In this document: positions 11,570 to 23,821 of the stretch, one piece after another
Numbering within the stretch: the first letter of the stretch is position 1
Layout of the letters: every line of letters starts with the position of its first letter
From: Chiloscyllium plagiosum
Taxonomy: Eukaryota
Direction: 5' to 3'
DNA: 64,000 nt
Assembly: GCF_004010195.1 (NCBI RefSeq)
Contig: NC_057750.1
Coordinates: 11,817,144-11,881,143 of the forward strand
Notes under the pieces: generated by a model
The model's database searches: none
Seen by the model: only the letters and a program-made list of their open reading frames with translations
What the model was told of the DNA's origin: nothing
Translations under genes and position numbers: made by a program

Positions 11570-13060
11570 CTAAAAGTGGTAGCTACAGAAATAATGGATG
11601 CATTGATTGAAATTTTCCAGAAATCCTTGGATTCTGGGGAAATACCAGAGGATCGGAAAACTGACAATGTGACGCCCCCACTTGAAAAGGGAGGGAGACA
11701 AAAAGTGGGTAACTGTACATACTTACAGGGTAAATGTCCATTGTTGGAAAAGTATTGGAATCAATTATCAAGAAAGTAATAGCAGAACATTTGGAAAATC
11801 ATAATCTAATCAAGGAGAGTGCTGAAAGAGATATTAAAGTCTTTCAAGGAAGTCTCAACCAGAGTGGATTGAGGGAAACCAGGGGATGTGTTGTATTTGG
11901 ACCTCCAGAAGACATTTGACAAGGTTCCTCACAAAAGGTCAAGTCGTAGGATAAGAGCCTATAGCATTGGGGATAATATATTGGTGTGGATAGAGAGTTA
12001 GTTCATGGGCAGGAACAGCAGGTAGGGATAAGGGATTCTTTCTCAGGTTGGTGATCTGTGACCAATGGGATTCCACAAGGATCAGTGCTCGGACCTCAAC
12101 TGTTTACAATGAATATTAATAACTTGGAAAAAGAAAATGAATGTACTGTAGCCACATTTGCACATGACACTAAAATATGTGGAAGGACAGGTTGTGAGAG
12201 GGAGACAAACTGTTTACAGAGAGAGATTGATAGGTTAAGTACGTGGGCAAAAGGTTGGCAGATGGACTACTATGTGGAAAAAAGGTGAAGTTGTTCATTT
12301 TGGATGGGAGAACAAAAAGAACAGTATTATGTAAAAGGAGAACAACTGCAGAAAGCTGCAAAACAAAGCAACTTGGGGGTACCTGTGAACGAAACACAGA
12401 AGGCTAACACGCTGGTACAGCAGGTAATAAGGAAGGTTAGTGGCATGTTGCTCCTTATTTCAAGGGAGGTGGTGTGCAGGAGTAGGGAGGTCTTACTGCA
12501 GCTGTACAGTGAGACTACATCTGGAGTACTGTGAGGAATTGTGGTCCCCTTATTTAAGGAAAGACATCATTGGAGGCAGTTTAGCGAAGGTTTGCTACGA
12601 TGATCCCTGGTTTGGAAGGATTATCCCATGAGCAAAGACTAATCCTGGTTGGGACTCATTGAAATTCAGAAGAATGAGAAGTGATCTCATTGAAGCATTT
12701 GGATTCTTATGGGGTTGGCAGGGTAAATGCTGAGAGGATGTTTCCTCTCATGGGAGAATCAAGAATGAGAGGGCATAGTCTCAGAATGAAGGAGTGCCAA
12801 TTTAAGGCTAAAAAGAGCAGGAATGTCTTCTGTCAGAAGGTTGTGATTCTTGGTAACTCCTTGTCAAAGAGAGCTGTGGGGGCACAGTCCTTATGTATAT
12901 TTGAAGCTGAGACAGATTCTTGATCAGTCAGGAATCAAGGATTTTGGGGAAAGGGCAGGAAAGTGACCATGAAAATTGTTGGTTCAATAATGATCCTGTT
13001 GAATGGTGGAGTAGGCTTAGGGGCTGAATGATCTCCTCCTGTTCCCATTTCTTACAGACT
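11570..13060 (+). mobile_element. Degenerate CR1 LINE ORF2 (RT) fragment with 3' tail
   Basis: GIPQGSVLGPQLF and FAHDTK motifs, frameshifted. Confidence 0.85.
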
Positions 13061-13963
13061 TATCGTGATCTATTGTTAGGAAGTTACACAAGTTGCCCTG
13101 TCTCTGGACTATAATTTCTCAAATCCTGTTTAACTTCAGCCTGCTCCTGTTGAATGGTGGAGCAGGCTTAGGGGCTGAATGATCTCCTCCTGTTCCCATT
13201 TCTTACAGACTTATCGTGATCTATTGTTAGGAGTCCCCCTGCAGAAAGGGAGGGAATAATCACAGCATATGAACTGTTCATTAGCACCTTTAAGCTGGTA
13301 AAATGTTCCTAGGCTACTAAAGGAAGTGTTATCAAGCTAAATTTGACATGAGTCACAAAAGGAGATTTTTAGGATGGGTGAGAAAATGATTGTTGAAAGT
13401 AGATGTTAAGAAGCATCTCAAAGGATGAAAGACAGGTGGTGAGGCAGAGAATTTAAAGAGAGAATTCCACAAGTTAGGGTCTCGGTAGCTAAATACCAGT
13501 GATGGAGTGATTGAAGTCAGGACGGGTAAATAGCCAGAGCTGGAGCATACAGATCTTATGCGTTTTGAAGCTGGAGGAGGTTACAGAGATAAGGAGGGAT
13601 GTGGGGGCAGGAGAAGGTTAGGGAGATGAGGGATGTGGGACTGGAGGAGGTTACAGAGATAGAGAAGCTATAGAGATTGATGAAAGAACCAGATTTTAAA
13701 TTAGCTGATGGGCTTAAAAATATGCTATTATCATGATTGTAACATACAGGTGGACTTATTACCTGTCCAATAATGTTAGCAGTTGATGCTAATAAATCCT
13801 GTTATTCCAATCATTCACTCTGACTCCAGACCCCATTGCTTTCTCCAGCGTAGTAAGTTGTTTACTGTCTAGCAAATGCGGCTTAAATAACTTGAACCCT
13901 TAGCTGTTGGTGGCTTTCAGCCTTGTGTGTTACAACAATAATGACACTGTCTTGATCCAACAG

Positions 13964-14052
13964 AGAGATGGTGGAATGCTTTAACAAAATCACACATGAC
14001 CCTGATCACAGAGTAGTTGTTGTATCAGGAGCTGGAAAAATGTTTACTGCAG
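13964..14052 (+). CDS. ECH1: ECH1 exon 3
   Basis: EMVECFNKITHDPDHRVVVVSGAGKMFTA; ag/gt boundaries, phases consistent. Confidence 0.95.
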
Positions 14053-14130
14053 GTAAGTGTGACCTCAAAAAGCTTTAAAAGAATTAATTAGGTTGTGGTG
14101 TGTATAACAATAAAAATTCATGTTGTCACC

Positions 14131-14490
14131 GGCTGGTAGGGTGGCTCAGTGGTTAGCAATGCTGCTTCACAGTGCAGGGTTCGATTCCAGCTTCGGGCAA
14201 CTGTCTGTGTGGAGTTTGCACATTCTCCCTGTGTCTGCGTGGGTTTCCTCCGGGTGTTTCGGTTTCCTCCCACAATGCAAAGATGTGCAGGTTAGGGTGG
14301 ATTGGCCATGATAAATTGCCCGTAGTGTTCAGGGATGTATAGGTTAGGTGCATTAGTCAGGGGTAAATGTGGAGTAATGGGGAACAGGTTTGGGTGGGAT
14401 TGTCTTCCGGAACTAGGAGAGAGTTCCTCTTCAGAGGCTCGGTGTGGACTTGTTAGGCCAAAGGCCCTGTTTCTCTACATTCTATATATC
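14131..14490 (+). mobile_element. V-SINE (HE1-like)
   Basis: Head, V core and tail as at 8095. Confidence 0.85.
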
Positions 14491-14705
14491 ATCTAACTAT
14501 TAGAATAGACCCCCTAATTTGATAGGGAAGGATGTTTGAGGATGAACAGTTACACAAGTTGCCCTGTCTCTGGACTATAATTTCTCAAATCCTGTTTAAC
14601 TTCAGCCTTGCTAATCAGGGATGCCAGATGTGATTGTAACAAGGAGATGATTAATTATTGTATACTGATGCTGAATCAAATCAGTAATTGTGCTGATGTT
14701 TGCAG

Positions 14706-14830
14706 GAATTGATCTGATGGACATGGCTGGACAAGTATTGCAGCCTACAGGAGATGATGCAGCAAGGAAAGCCTGGCACTTAAGGAACAAGATCCTCCAA
14801 TATCAGGAGAGCTTTAACGTGATAGAAAAG
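14706..14830 (+). CDS. ECH1: ECH1 exon 4
   Basis: GIDLMDMAGQVLQPTGDDAARKAWHLRNKILQYQESFNVIEK; tgcag acceptor, gtagga donor. Confidence 0.95.
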
Positions 14831-15217
14831 GTAGGAACTCTGACTTTCATTGTACCAGGATCCTCCGTGGTTTACTCTCAGAGTCGATTTGCACTTTGCA
14901 CCTGGCCTCCAAATTGCAGCTTGCAATCGCAGTCACAAAATCCTAACCCTATCATTGCATGGCCTGTGCAAGGTAGCACGGGTTAACAATCATGTTGGGT
15001 TTCAAAAACTGAGATAAGTTTCCACCCCAAACTCTCTCTCACAGACACCCATCCACACCTGTGTGCACCTGTGCACACTCTCATGCTCACAAACAGCACA
15101 TATGCTTGTTCACATTGAGACATACATGCGCGCACACAAAACGCACTCAAACAAAGCAGCGGACACACCTACCTGTGGACACACTCACCTGCAGACTCCA
15201 CCATGTGGAGACATACA

Positions 15218-15436
15218 GAGTCAAGATTAGAGTGGTGCTGGAAAAGCACAGTAGGTCAGGCAGCATCCGAGGAGCAGGAGAATCGACGTTTTGGGCAGAT
15301 TCCTGATGAAGGGCTTTTGCCTGAAACGTCGATTTTCCTGCTCCTTGGACTTGCTGCCTGACTTGCTGTGCTTTTCCAGCGCTACTCTAATCTTGACTCT
15401 GATCCCCAGCATCTGCAGTCCTCACTTTTGCCTGAA
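15218..15436 (+). mobile_element. Palindromic non-autonomous PLE-like element carrying a hammerhead motif
   Basis: Inverted arms 15216-15401; 12-bp TSD tggagacataca at 15206-15217 and 15437-15448. Confidence 0.75.
15297..15336 (+). ncRNA. Minimal type I hammerhead ribozyme motif
   Basis: agattc-CTGATGA-a-gggc-tttt-gcct-GAAA-cg-TC-gatttt: conserved core, stem II, palindromic ACGT in place of stem III, short stem I. Confidence 0.65.
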
Positions 15437-16040
15437 TGGAGACATACATCAACCGACTGCTTTCCCAAAGGGGAAGTATAAAATGAAATCCTTTGTTCTA
15501 GTCCCTACACAGCCCTATGGTCCTCTGGAACATTGGTGACTTTATCTTACATACCTTTACCTAACCTTCAAAAAAAATTCTCCAATGATTTAATTGGTGT
15601 TCGGTGTTTAATTATTACCATGACGTGTGTGATATTTCACTGCAGCAAGTTGTGAAATTAAATGAAAAATCCATCTGGTTCTCTAGTGTCCTTCAGGAAA
15701 GGACACACCTACTTAGTTTGGACAACAATTCTAGCTCCAAGTCAGGTGGTTGTCTCCTAAAGCCCATCAAAATACTCATACCCTTGGACCACAATTTGCA
15801 TTGGCGGAATAAAGTACTTTTCATTCTCTCCGATTATTAAGTTATTTTGTTTTCCTAGTTTACCTCTCCAACACGTGAATCTTTGTCAATCTGAGAGCCC
15901 AAGGTTTGACTTGCTGTCCAAGACACAGGAGAACTTTGGCTTGCACACCAGAACTCCAGATGGCAAATCTTTACAAGATATTCAAACGTGCATGACTCCA
16001 ATGTCTGCTGAGTGTCGTTTTAATTTGTGCTCCATTTCAG

Positions 16041-16089
16041 TGTCCTAAGCCAGTGATTGCAGCAGTTCATAATGCGTGCATTGGAGGAG
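16041..16089 (+). CDS. ECH1: ECH1 exon 5
   Basis: CPKPVIAAVHNACIGG crotonase motif; ttcag acceptor, gtgagc donor. Confidence 0.95.
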
Positions 16090-17409
16090 GTGAGCGCTTT
16101 GAGTTGTTTTAATAATCTGGAAATTTATAGTTCATTTTGTGAGGGATAGAATCCTCACCACATGAGGTACTCCCTCACTCTTGAGAGTCTCCATAGAGGT
16201 AACTTTAAGTTTTAGGAACCCAGTTTTAAATGTCGATCGAAGAAAAATCTGACGAAGAAACTGGGAAACAATCCTGAAATAAGTGTAATTCAGACAGATT
16301 GGGGTGATTCCAGTTCTAAAGGGATGTTCCATTATGTTGCTGGTAATTCACACCCAAGATTATATTGGCTACATTGGATCTAACTGCAGGAGTCAGATTG
16401 CTTCATAGTGTTTTGATATTATTCATGTAGGTTTCCAGAATTAAAACAACTTGTAAACACTGGGTTTCATAATAGAACCAGTAAGTCTAATAAGATGATT
16501 GTAATCGCCATTAGAAATATAAATTATTCATATGGGTCCCAAATCAAATGGTTGTTTTGAAGGCTAAAGATAACTAGTTGAGATCTCTATCTGGAACATC
16601 CATGCATGGCTGTAGGGTAGAGGGTCAGAGAGTAATCTTGTGTTTTGGGTTCACCGGTGTGCTTCTTTCACCAGCAGAGAGAGAGAATGCTATTAGGGCT
16701 CAGCTTGGAGGGCAGAGGTATGTCCACTGACAGCTGGAAGAAGGAGTAGAGAAGCCATTAGGAGTCAAAGACACCATTTAGTTTGGAGTCACTAAGCAGG
16801 AATTGTGAGTAGGACTTATGCTTAGGACGATAAGTCCAGATTCATGAGTACTTAAAAATGACCAGATCTGCTTGTGGAAGAAATCAGCAGTAGAATCCTT
16901 GCAGAGAGGAGGTCTGAGCATCAGTTTGAGGAGAATCAGAGTGAATTCCTGAAAGCTATGTCTCACTTTGGTTTGTGGGGAAGAGAAAGATTCTATAAAG
17001 TATGGGGAAACTCACATCTTGAATTAAAAACAGCATGAGTTATTACAATTATCAGCTTTGAAGAATAAAGCTTTGCAAAAATTAGTAGGACTTTGTCCAA
17101 TTCTTGTTGTAGAAATGTTTGTTTAAAATATGAAACTTTGTGGTGTCATTCTTTCAGGAGATAACTGGGAGTTTGAGTTTTTTTAAAAGAAAATATTTAT
17201 GGCTCCCTTGTGCTCATTGTTATACCAATATGTACAATAAAGAGTTTGTTCTAAACGCAAGTTGGTGGACATGTTGTATGCTTGGAAACTCCTCACCAGC
17301 AACCCAGGAATATTATTGCAGACTATCTGTGGCTCCAGTGTTTCGTTACCAAAATCACTGCTCAGTCTGCTGAGGTTGTAAAAAAAACACCCAGGGAACC
17401 ATTTGTTCC

Positions 17410-17652
17410 CACCTCAGGCGACTGTGTGGAGTTTGCACATTCTCCCCGTGTCTGCCTGGGTTTCCTCCGGGTCCTCTGGTTTCCTCTCACAATCCAAAAA
17501 TGTGCAGGTTAGGTGAATTGGCAGTGCTAAATTGCCCGTAGTGTTAGGTGAAGGGGTAAATGTAGGAGAAAGGGGTCTGGGTGGATTGTACTTGGCGGGT
17601 CGGTGTGGACTTGTTGGGCCTGTTTCCACCCTGTATCTAATCTAATCTAATC
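17410..17652 (+). mobile_element. 5'-truncated V-SINE
   Basis: V core plus (TAATC)n tail. Confidence 0.85.
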
Positions 17653-18674
17653 TTAAAAAAAACCAAGAGAGTTCTCCCATGGTGTTCTGGTTAAGTTAAT
17701 CTTTCAATCAAAATTATGAAGATAGATTATCTTGTTATTGTGGCTTTGCTGTTCGCAGGAGCTTGCTGTGCACAAATTGTCTGCTCATTTTAGATGTTTT
17801 TAATCAACCTGTTCAGAGTTGTTATGACACATCTCCCTAAGGGCATTGTGGGTCTTGCTATAGCATGTGGACTGCAGTGGTTCAAGAAGGCAGCTGACCG
17901 ACTCCTTCTCAAGGGTCAATTGGGGATGGCCAATAAATGCTAGCCAGCCAGCGACGCCCACATCCTACAAGTTAAACAAAAATAAAGCCTTTGGCCCAGA
18001 GGTAGGGACACTCACACTGCACTTCAAGAGCCCACTATTCTGCTACTTCTTACATTACACTCCATTCTAAAAGTGCATTGGGGTGTGTTGAGACAATGAA
18101 TGGCCCACCACAATAATGCATGATTTTCAAGTGAACTTGGAGTTTTTGGTGCTTGCAACCTGCCAATTTGTCCTTTCAGACAGTGTAGGATTGGAAGGTG
18201 CTGTTGAAAAAGCTGCTCATTTTTCTCAACAAGATATACCAACCGGGTAACAGTTTAGACCCATTGAGTAATTATTGACTTGTATATTTCCCTGGCCAGA
18301 GTCTTGTTTGCTGTAACGTGGCTAAGTGTTACAAAGGACATAGCAGATAAGAGTAGGACAATTCACAGGTTCAATCTGTATTCACACCTAGAATACATTT
18401 TGATGTGAGATAATGGGTCTACAGTAATCATTTAGCATGGTAATGTTCTTTTGAAACTATAAATGGAACATAAGGCAGACTATCATTTATCTAATATCTT
18501 TCATAACCTCGATGTTCCAAACCTCTTCACAGATAACAAATACTTTCTTGAAGCCTAGTTACTGTTGCAAAGTAGGAAGTGTTGCACACAGCAAGGCCCT
18601 ATAGGAAGGGGTGACATAAATAGCCATATTATCCATTTTTAGTAATGAGGCTTGAGGGATTAATATTTGGTTGT

Positions 18675-18935
18675 CGCTGAGCTGTAAGTTTGTTCTCAGA
18701 TGTTTTGTCTAGTGAAGCGCTGGAGTTCTGTCCCGCCTGCTGTTGTGTCTTGGTTTGTTGTGATAGGTGATATCATTCCTGGTTCTGTTTCTGACAGATT
18801 GGTAAATAGGGTCCAAATCTATATGTTTGTTAACAGAGTTCCAGTTTGAATGCCAGGCCTGCAGGAATTCCTGCACCTGTCTTTGTTTAACCAGTCCCAA
18901 GATAGATGTATTGCCCAGTTAAATTGGTGTCCCTC
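18675..18935 (-). mobile_element. Penelope-like element 3' fragment
   Basis: EFLQAWHSNWNSVNKHIDLDPIY, same family as 23822 and 39940. Confidence 0.75.
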
Positions 18936-20150
18936 TTGCTTGATTAATATTCGCTGGGAATCTGGCAGTCTCCTCACTGTTCCTTGAAGTATGATTGTAT
19001 GATCTTTTACATACCCCTGAGAAGACAGACATGGTTCAAAATAAAGTTTCATCCAATGGGCAGCATCTTCAACAGTACGGCACTTCCTCAGAACTGCACT
19101 AGGCAGTATCAGCCTAGATTAGACACTTAAGTCTCTGGAGTCACACAGGGAAATGAGTAACAGGCACATGCACGAGATATTGTACTGGATTAAGAACCCA
19201 GCAATTGCAAATCACAAATAATGGAATTGGAATTCATTGCATCTTCTGTGTTATAGATTGACAGATGAACTATGTAAGCTGCAGATATGTTGCAACATAT
19301 TTTTTTTGTAATCTTCAGAGGGGGCCACCTGCTATCTCAGCCTAATATGACCCACATATCTGACACTCTACACTAAACACTCTTGGTGTATTCTAAACTG
19401 GTTAGTTGCCATCAGTTACACAGAGCAATAGATCCAGACATCCCCACAGGGTTTTTGGTTTTGGACATGTGCCAACATGGAGAATGGAGGAAGTTACTTG
19501 TTGCCGTCAAAGAGTGGGTTTACATTGAGGAGGCTTATGAGGCTGTTTCCCAGCTTTCTTGCTCTGTCTTCTTGGGGAGCTGACACTGGAATGTTGTTGG
19601 TTGATGAAAGGCCACATCATCTGAATATAATAGAGAGTGAACTGGGTTGGAACAGCCTAATGGTTGTTCTCAATCTCCGCTGTTTGCTATATGACCTGGA
19701 TGTGAATTGAAGGATATAATCTCAATGGAGCTTATTGGCTCAACGACCTCAGTGTCTCAAATGCGATTAATTTATGTATAGCATTAGGTAATGGTTTGAA
19801 CTGTTTCCCTCTTTATTTCACTTAGTCGGTATCCCAGAGAGATTAATAGTAGATTTGTGCTTCCCAGTCTGTGGAGACCACTGGAGAAGTGAGAGTGTGA
19901 TAAAATTAATTCATCAGAAAAAAGGAGGGGTGGGGGAAAGATACTGTGCAACAATTCATACCCAATCTTCCCTTTCTTAGAGAAAAGAACAAAGAGAATA
20001 ACAAACAGTACAGACACTGTCCTGGAGTAATAGCTCCTTTCCAAATATTAACCTTATCATTCTGTCAAATCAGCAAAGTTTAAATACCTGCTTGAACCAC
20101 ATGCACACTATATTCCATAAAATAAGCTGAAGGCGCTCTTTCCTTTACAG

Positions 20151-20215
20151 GTGTAGATTTGATTACAGCCTGTGACATACGGCTATGCTCGCAGGATGCC
20201 TGGTTCCAGGTGAAG
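20151..20215 (+). CDS. ECH1: ECH1 exon 6
   Basis: GVDLITACDIRLCSQDAWFQVK; tttacag acceptor, gtgaga donor. Confidence 0.95.
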
Positions 20216-21399
20216 GTGAGAGCTTCTGTTTTAATAAGTTGCTTTGTCAGCTATCTTATATTAAAGACAGTTAGCAAAACACAACAAAAGTGTTTCAGCT
20301 TATTTCTCAACATTATCAATACCAGTGACTCAAGTCTAAGGAAATTACTCTCCCCTCCAATCTTAACTGACTTTGACTGTCACTTTGCCATGGCTTGTAG
20401 AGCCCTTTCCAAATCTGCCAATATGAATTTTTCACAAATCTGAGAACTTAAAACTCTGTCAATTCCAATAACCTGCACATTTCTAATTTGGAAGTTTTAC
20501 AAACTGAACACTTCTGCTGAGATAACATGTCTCCTGAATTGCCCTGAATCTTTTCAGGAGAAAAGCTGAACTTGTTTCTCAACTCACCACTGTTTTTCTG
20601 AACTGAATGAAATACAAACTTGCTCGTTTCTAGATTCTTCTGAATTGAAAACAAAGATAATGGGCTTTCTAGTTTACTTTAGCAGTGATAAACACAACAG
20701 TATAAACAGTTTTCTGTTCACACCACAAAAGTCTGCAGTCATCTGCTTTCTGACAAAGCGCTGAATTTAATCACTGTCCCAGAAGGACACTGTGACATTT
20801 ATTATTTGTTTTAAAAAGAATGCCCTCAGAGAAGTGACGAACACCAAAAACTATGTTAAGGTCTACATTATACACTTTTCATCATGTGGTGTCTAAGCAA
20901 CGTATTCCAGTAGCCATTAATCTCAGGATTTTCTCCATGTTTGTATTGTGTACATGAACTATTACAATGGGAGTAAGCTTGGGAACCTTGTTTATCCAAG
21001 AAATATGATACTCAAGTCTCACAGTACCAGTGTGAAAGTATTACCTGGTTCATTATTATCCTTCCTTTCTGATCCTTTCTGCACCTTTGCGGACCCAACC
21101 TGGAGGAGGCAGAACCCACAAGCGAAGCCTGTGATCTGTTTCAGAACAAACTCTGGCAAAATTATTCCCCAACTCAACACTGTCATATATTGAGTAATTT
21201 CAAAACGGCATCTCCCTCCTCACATTCCCCCTTTCCTGAAAACTCCCTCCTTCCTTCGGAAATTGTTGATTTATTCATGAGATGTTGTTCCAAACTTACT
21301 GCCACTATCAGTAATCTATTCTAGGGGATAACTGATAGTTTGGGTTGATCTCCAGTCAGTTTCCACTTCAAATATTTATGAAAATCTACAGTGTCTGCA

Positions 21400-21790
21400 G
21401 TGGTTTGTTAAGTAGCACTTGCACTTCTGATTCAGAATGTTGTTGCTTCGACTCCCACTCCAGGAAATCATAACTGACAGCTCAGTGTGGAGGACTGAGG
21501 GGGTGCTACGCTGTATGAGGTGCTGTCTTTAGTTGTTAAATTGAAGCTTCTTCTGCCCCTTCAGCTAGTTAGAAGGTATCCCACGTCACTGTTACGAGGC
21601 TGTGTGTCCTGTTCTTATTTATTCCTGAACTACAGCCGGTGATTGGGTCAGTTACTTTATTGCTTTTTGTGGGATCCTACTCTGCACATTGTCATATTTC
21701 CTACAACTCAACGCTGAAGACATTTCAAAAGTATTTCTGAACTGTTTGGAACATCTTGAGGTGGTGAAAAGCAGCATGGTGGAAGTTTTT
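21400..21790 (+). mobile_element. Ancient tRNA-derived SINE (Deu-domain/SacSINE-like); related degenerate copies near 22730, 27200 and 59720 (-)
   Basis: ctgagggRgtgcYRcRctgt..gaggtgctgtcttt motif shared among copies; family name inferred. Confidence 0.4.
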
Positions 21791-21917
21791 ATTGCTGACG
21801 AATGTTTATGACTAAGTACTGCTTCACAATTTGCTGAGAGTTGTTTGATATTACATCTGTTGACAGACTGCTGAATAAAATTGCACAAGTTTAAGCCTAT
21901 CCTTTCTACATGTCTAG

Positions 21918-21988
21918 GAGGTGGACATTGGAATGGCAGCTGATGTAGGAACTTTGCAGCGACTGCCCAAAATTATAGGAAGTGCCAG
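21918..21988 (+). CDS. ECH1: ECH1 exon 7
   Basis: EVDIGMAADVGTLQRLPKIIGSA(S), containing the catalytic Glu/Asp segment. Confidence 0.95.
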
Positions 21989-23289
21989 GTAATTTTAAAA
22001 AAATATTCTTTTGAATGGTGTGGGCATTGCTGGAAAGGCCAGAGTTTGTTACCCATCACGTCATGCCCTTGAGAAGGTTGTGGAGAACCACTACTTTGAA
22101 CTGCTGCAATTAATATGGTGCAGGTGCACCCACAGTGTTGTTAAGAAGGAAATTGCAGGATTTAGTGCCAATTACAATTTTATAAACAGCAAGACAGGTG
22201 AGAGAAGCAGACTCTTGAGAGGTCTTGTCTCTGCCTCTGTTACAATGCACCTGCGTTCCTGCCTATTTCTTTGTCTCGATCTTGTCAAATACTCTTCATC
22301 TTCCCTTGTTTTCTCCTGTTCCCCTAATCATCCTCTGCCTCCTTGCTCTATCTGACTTATACTAAACTACTGCCCTTTTGACTGCTGATTAACAACTCTG
22401 CTTTGTGCAAATTTAAAAAAAATGTTTTTTTAAAAAGAAAACTGATCCAGGTCCATTTGCAAGTGGGAATTGCACAGGAGTCACAGAACAGCAATAAGCT
22501 ACCAGTGTAACAGGTCTGGTGAGCCTACTCACACTAAATTCCTTTTTTCCTTGAGTCTGTATTTTCCTTCCACTTACATAAGTCTAAAGCATTCACCTCA
22601 ACTTCTATATGATACAATGTTCCACTGTCACTCTCTGAATGGAAGAAATTTCTCCTGACTTTCCATTTGGTTGATAATGACAATCTTAGACTGATGACAT
22701 TGTCTTAGTTGTTACTCAGGGGGGTAGCACAGACTATGGTTTCATGTCCTACTCTGAAATTCTAGGTTGACAACTGAGGGAGTGCCGCACTGTTGGAGAC
22801 ACCATCTGCCCTTTCGGTTGAATGTGCAATATCCATTTTGAAGAAGAGGAAGGATTCTGGCCAGTGACCCAGTTAATATTTAGCCCTCAGTCAATACCAA
22901 TGAGAAAACAATTGACCTGATCGTTATAAACTTGCTGAGTTAGAGCTTGCCATGTACAAATTGGATTCTTTGACTCCCACAGCAGTGATTATTGTGAGAT
23001 CTTTGCAGGACAGATGAAAACAACTTGCAGCACCTGAAAGGCAACATCAAGCTAAAATCAGTTTACTTTGGTAGATATGTACAAATTGCCACAAAAGTAT
23101 ACTACTATACTCCTCCTTCCTTACTGAATATGTTGCACAACATTCAGAATTCCATACAGTTTACATGTATCTCATGTTTTCTATTTATTTACAAATTTAA
23201 CTTGACCACTGGTTTGCCATTCCTAAAATGGTCTTGACTCAAACTTCCAGTGGAAAGAGTTTGACTCATCTTGGCCTGTGACCGGTCTT

Positions 23290-23812
23290 TTCTCAAGGGT
23301 AGCAGAGTCCAAAGCTAGAGGGCATAGGTTTAAAGGAAAGATTTAAAAGGGACCTCAGGGGCAAGTTTTCACACAGGGGGTGGTGCGTGTATGGAATGAG
23401 CTGCCAGAGGAAGTGGTGGAGGCTGGTACAATTACAACATTTAAAAGGCATCTGGATGGGTATATGAATAGGAAGGATTCAGAGGGATATGAGCTTAAAA
23501 ATGTGTTGCTGGAAAAGCGCAGCAGGTCAGGTAGCATCAAAGGAGCAGGAAAATCGACGTTTCGGGCATAAGCCCTTCTTCAGGAAGAAGGGCTTATGCC
23601 CGAAACGTCGATTCTCCTGCTCCTTTGATGCTGCCTGACCTGCTGCGCTTTTCCAGCAACACATTTTTAAGCTCTGATCTCCAGCATCTGAAGTCCTCAC
23701 TTTCTCCTTCAGAGGGATATGAGCCAAGTGCTGGCAAATGGGACTAGGATATGTGGTCAGCATGGCCAAATTGGACCGAAGGGTCTGTTTCCTTGCTGTA
23801 CAGCTCTCTGAC
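23290..23812 (+). mobile_element. CR1 LINE 3' end, interrupted by the palindromic element
   Basis: VWNELPEEVVEAGTITTFKRHLDGYM; resumes after 23708. Confidence 0.8.
23495..23707. mobile_element. Near-perfect palindromic non-autonomous element with a hammerhead core on the - strand
   Basis: Arms span 23491-23674 around centre ~23582; 17-bp TSD ttcagagggatatgagc at 23478-23494 and 23708-23724; - strand reads CTGAAGA-a-gggc-ttat-gccc-GAAA-cg-TC. Confidence 0.8.
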
Positions 23813-23821
23813 TGAAGAGAA

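Noticed and set aside
16490..17380. Possible second solo LTR
   Set aside because: LTR-like composition and AATAAA, but no convincing TG..CA ends or TSD could be fixed.
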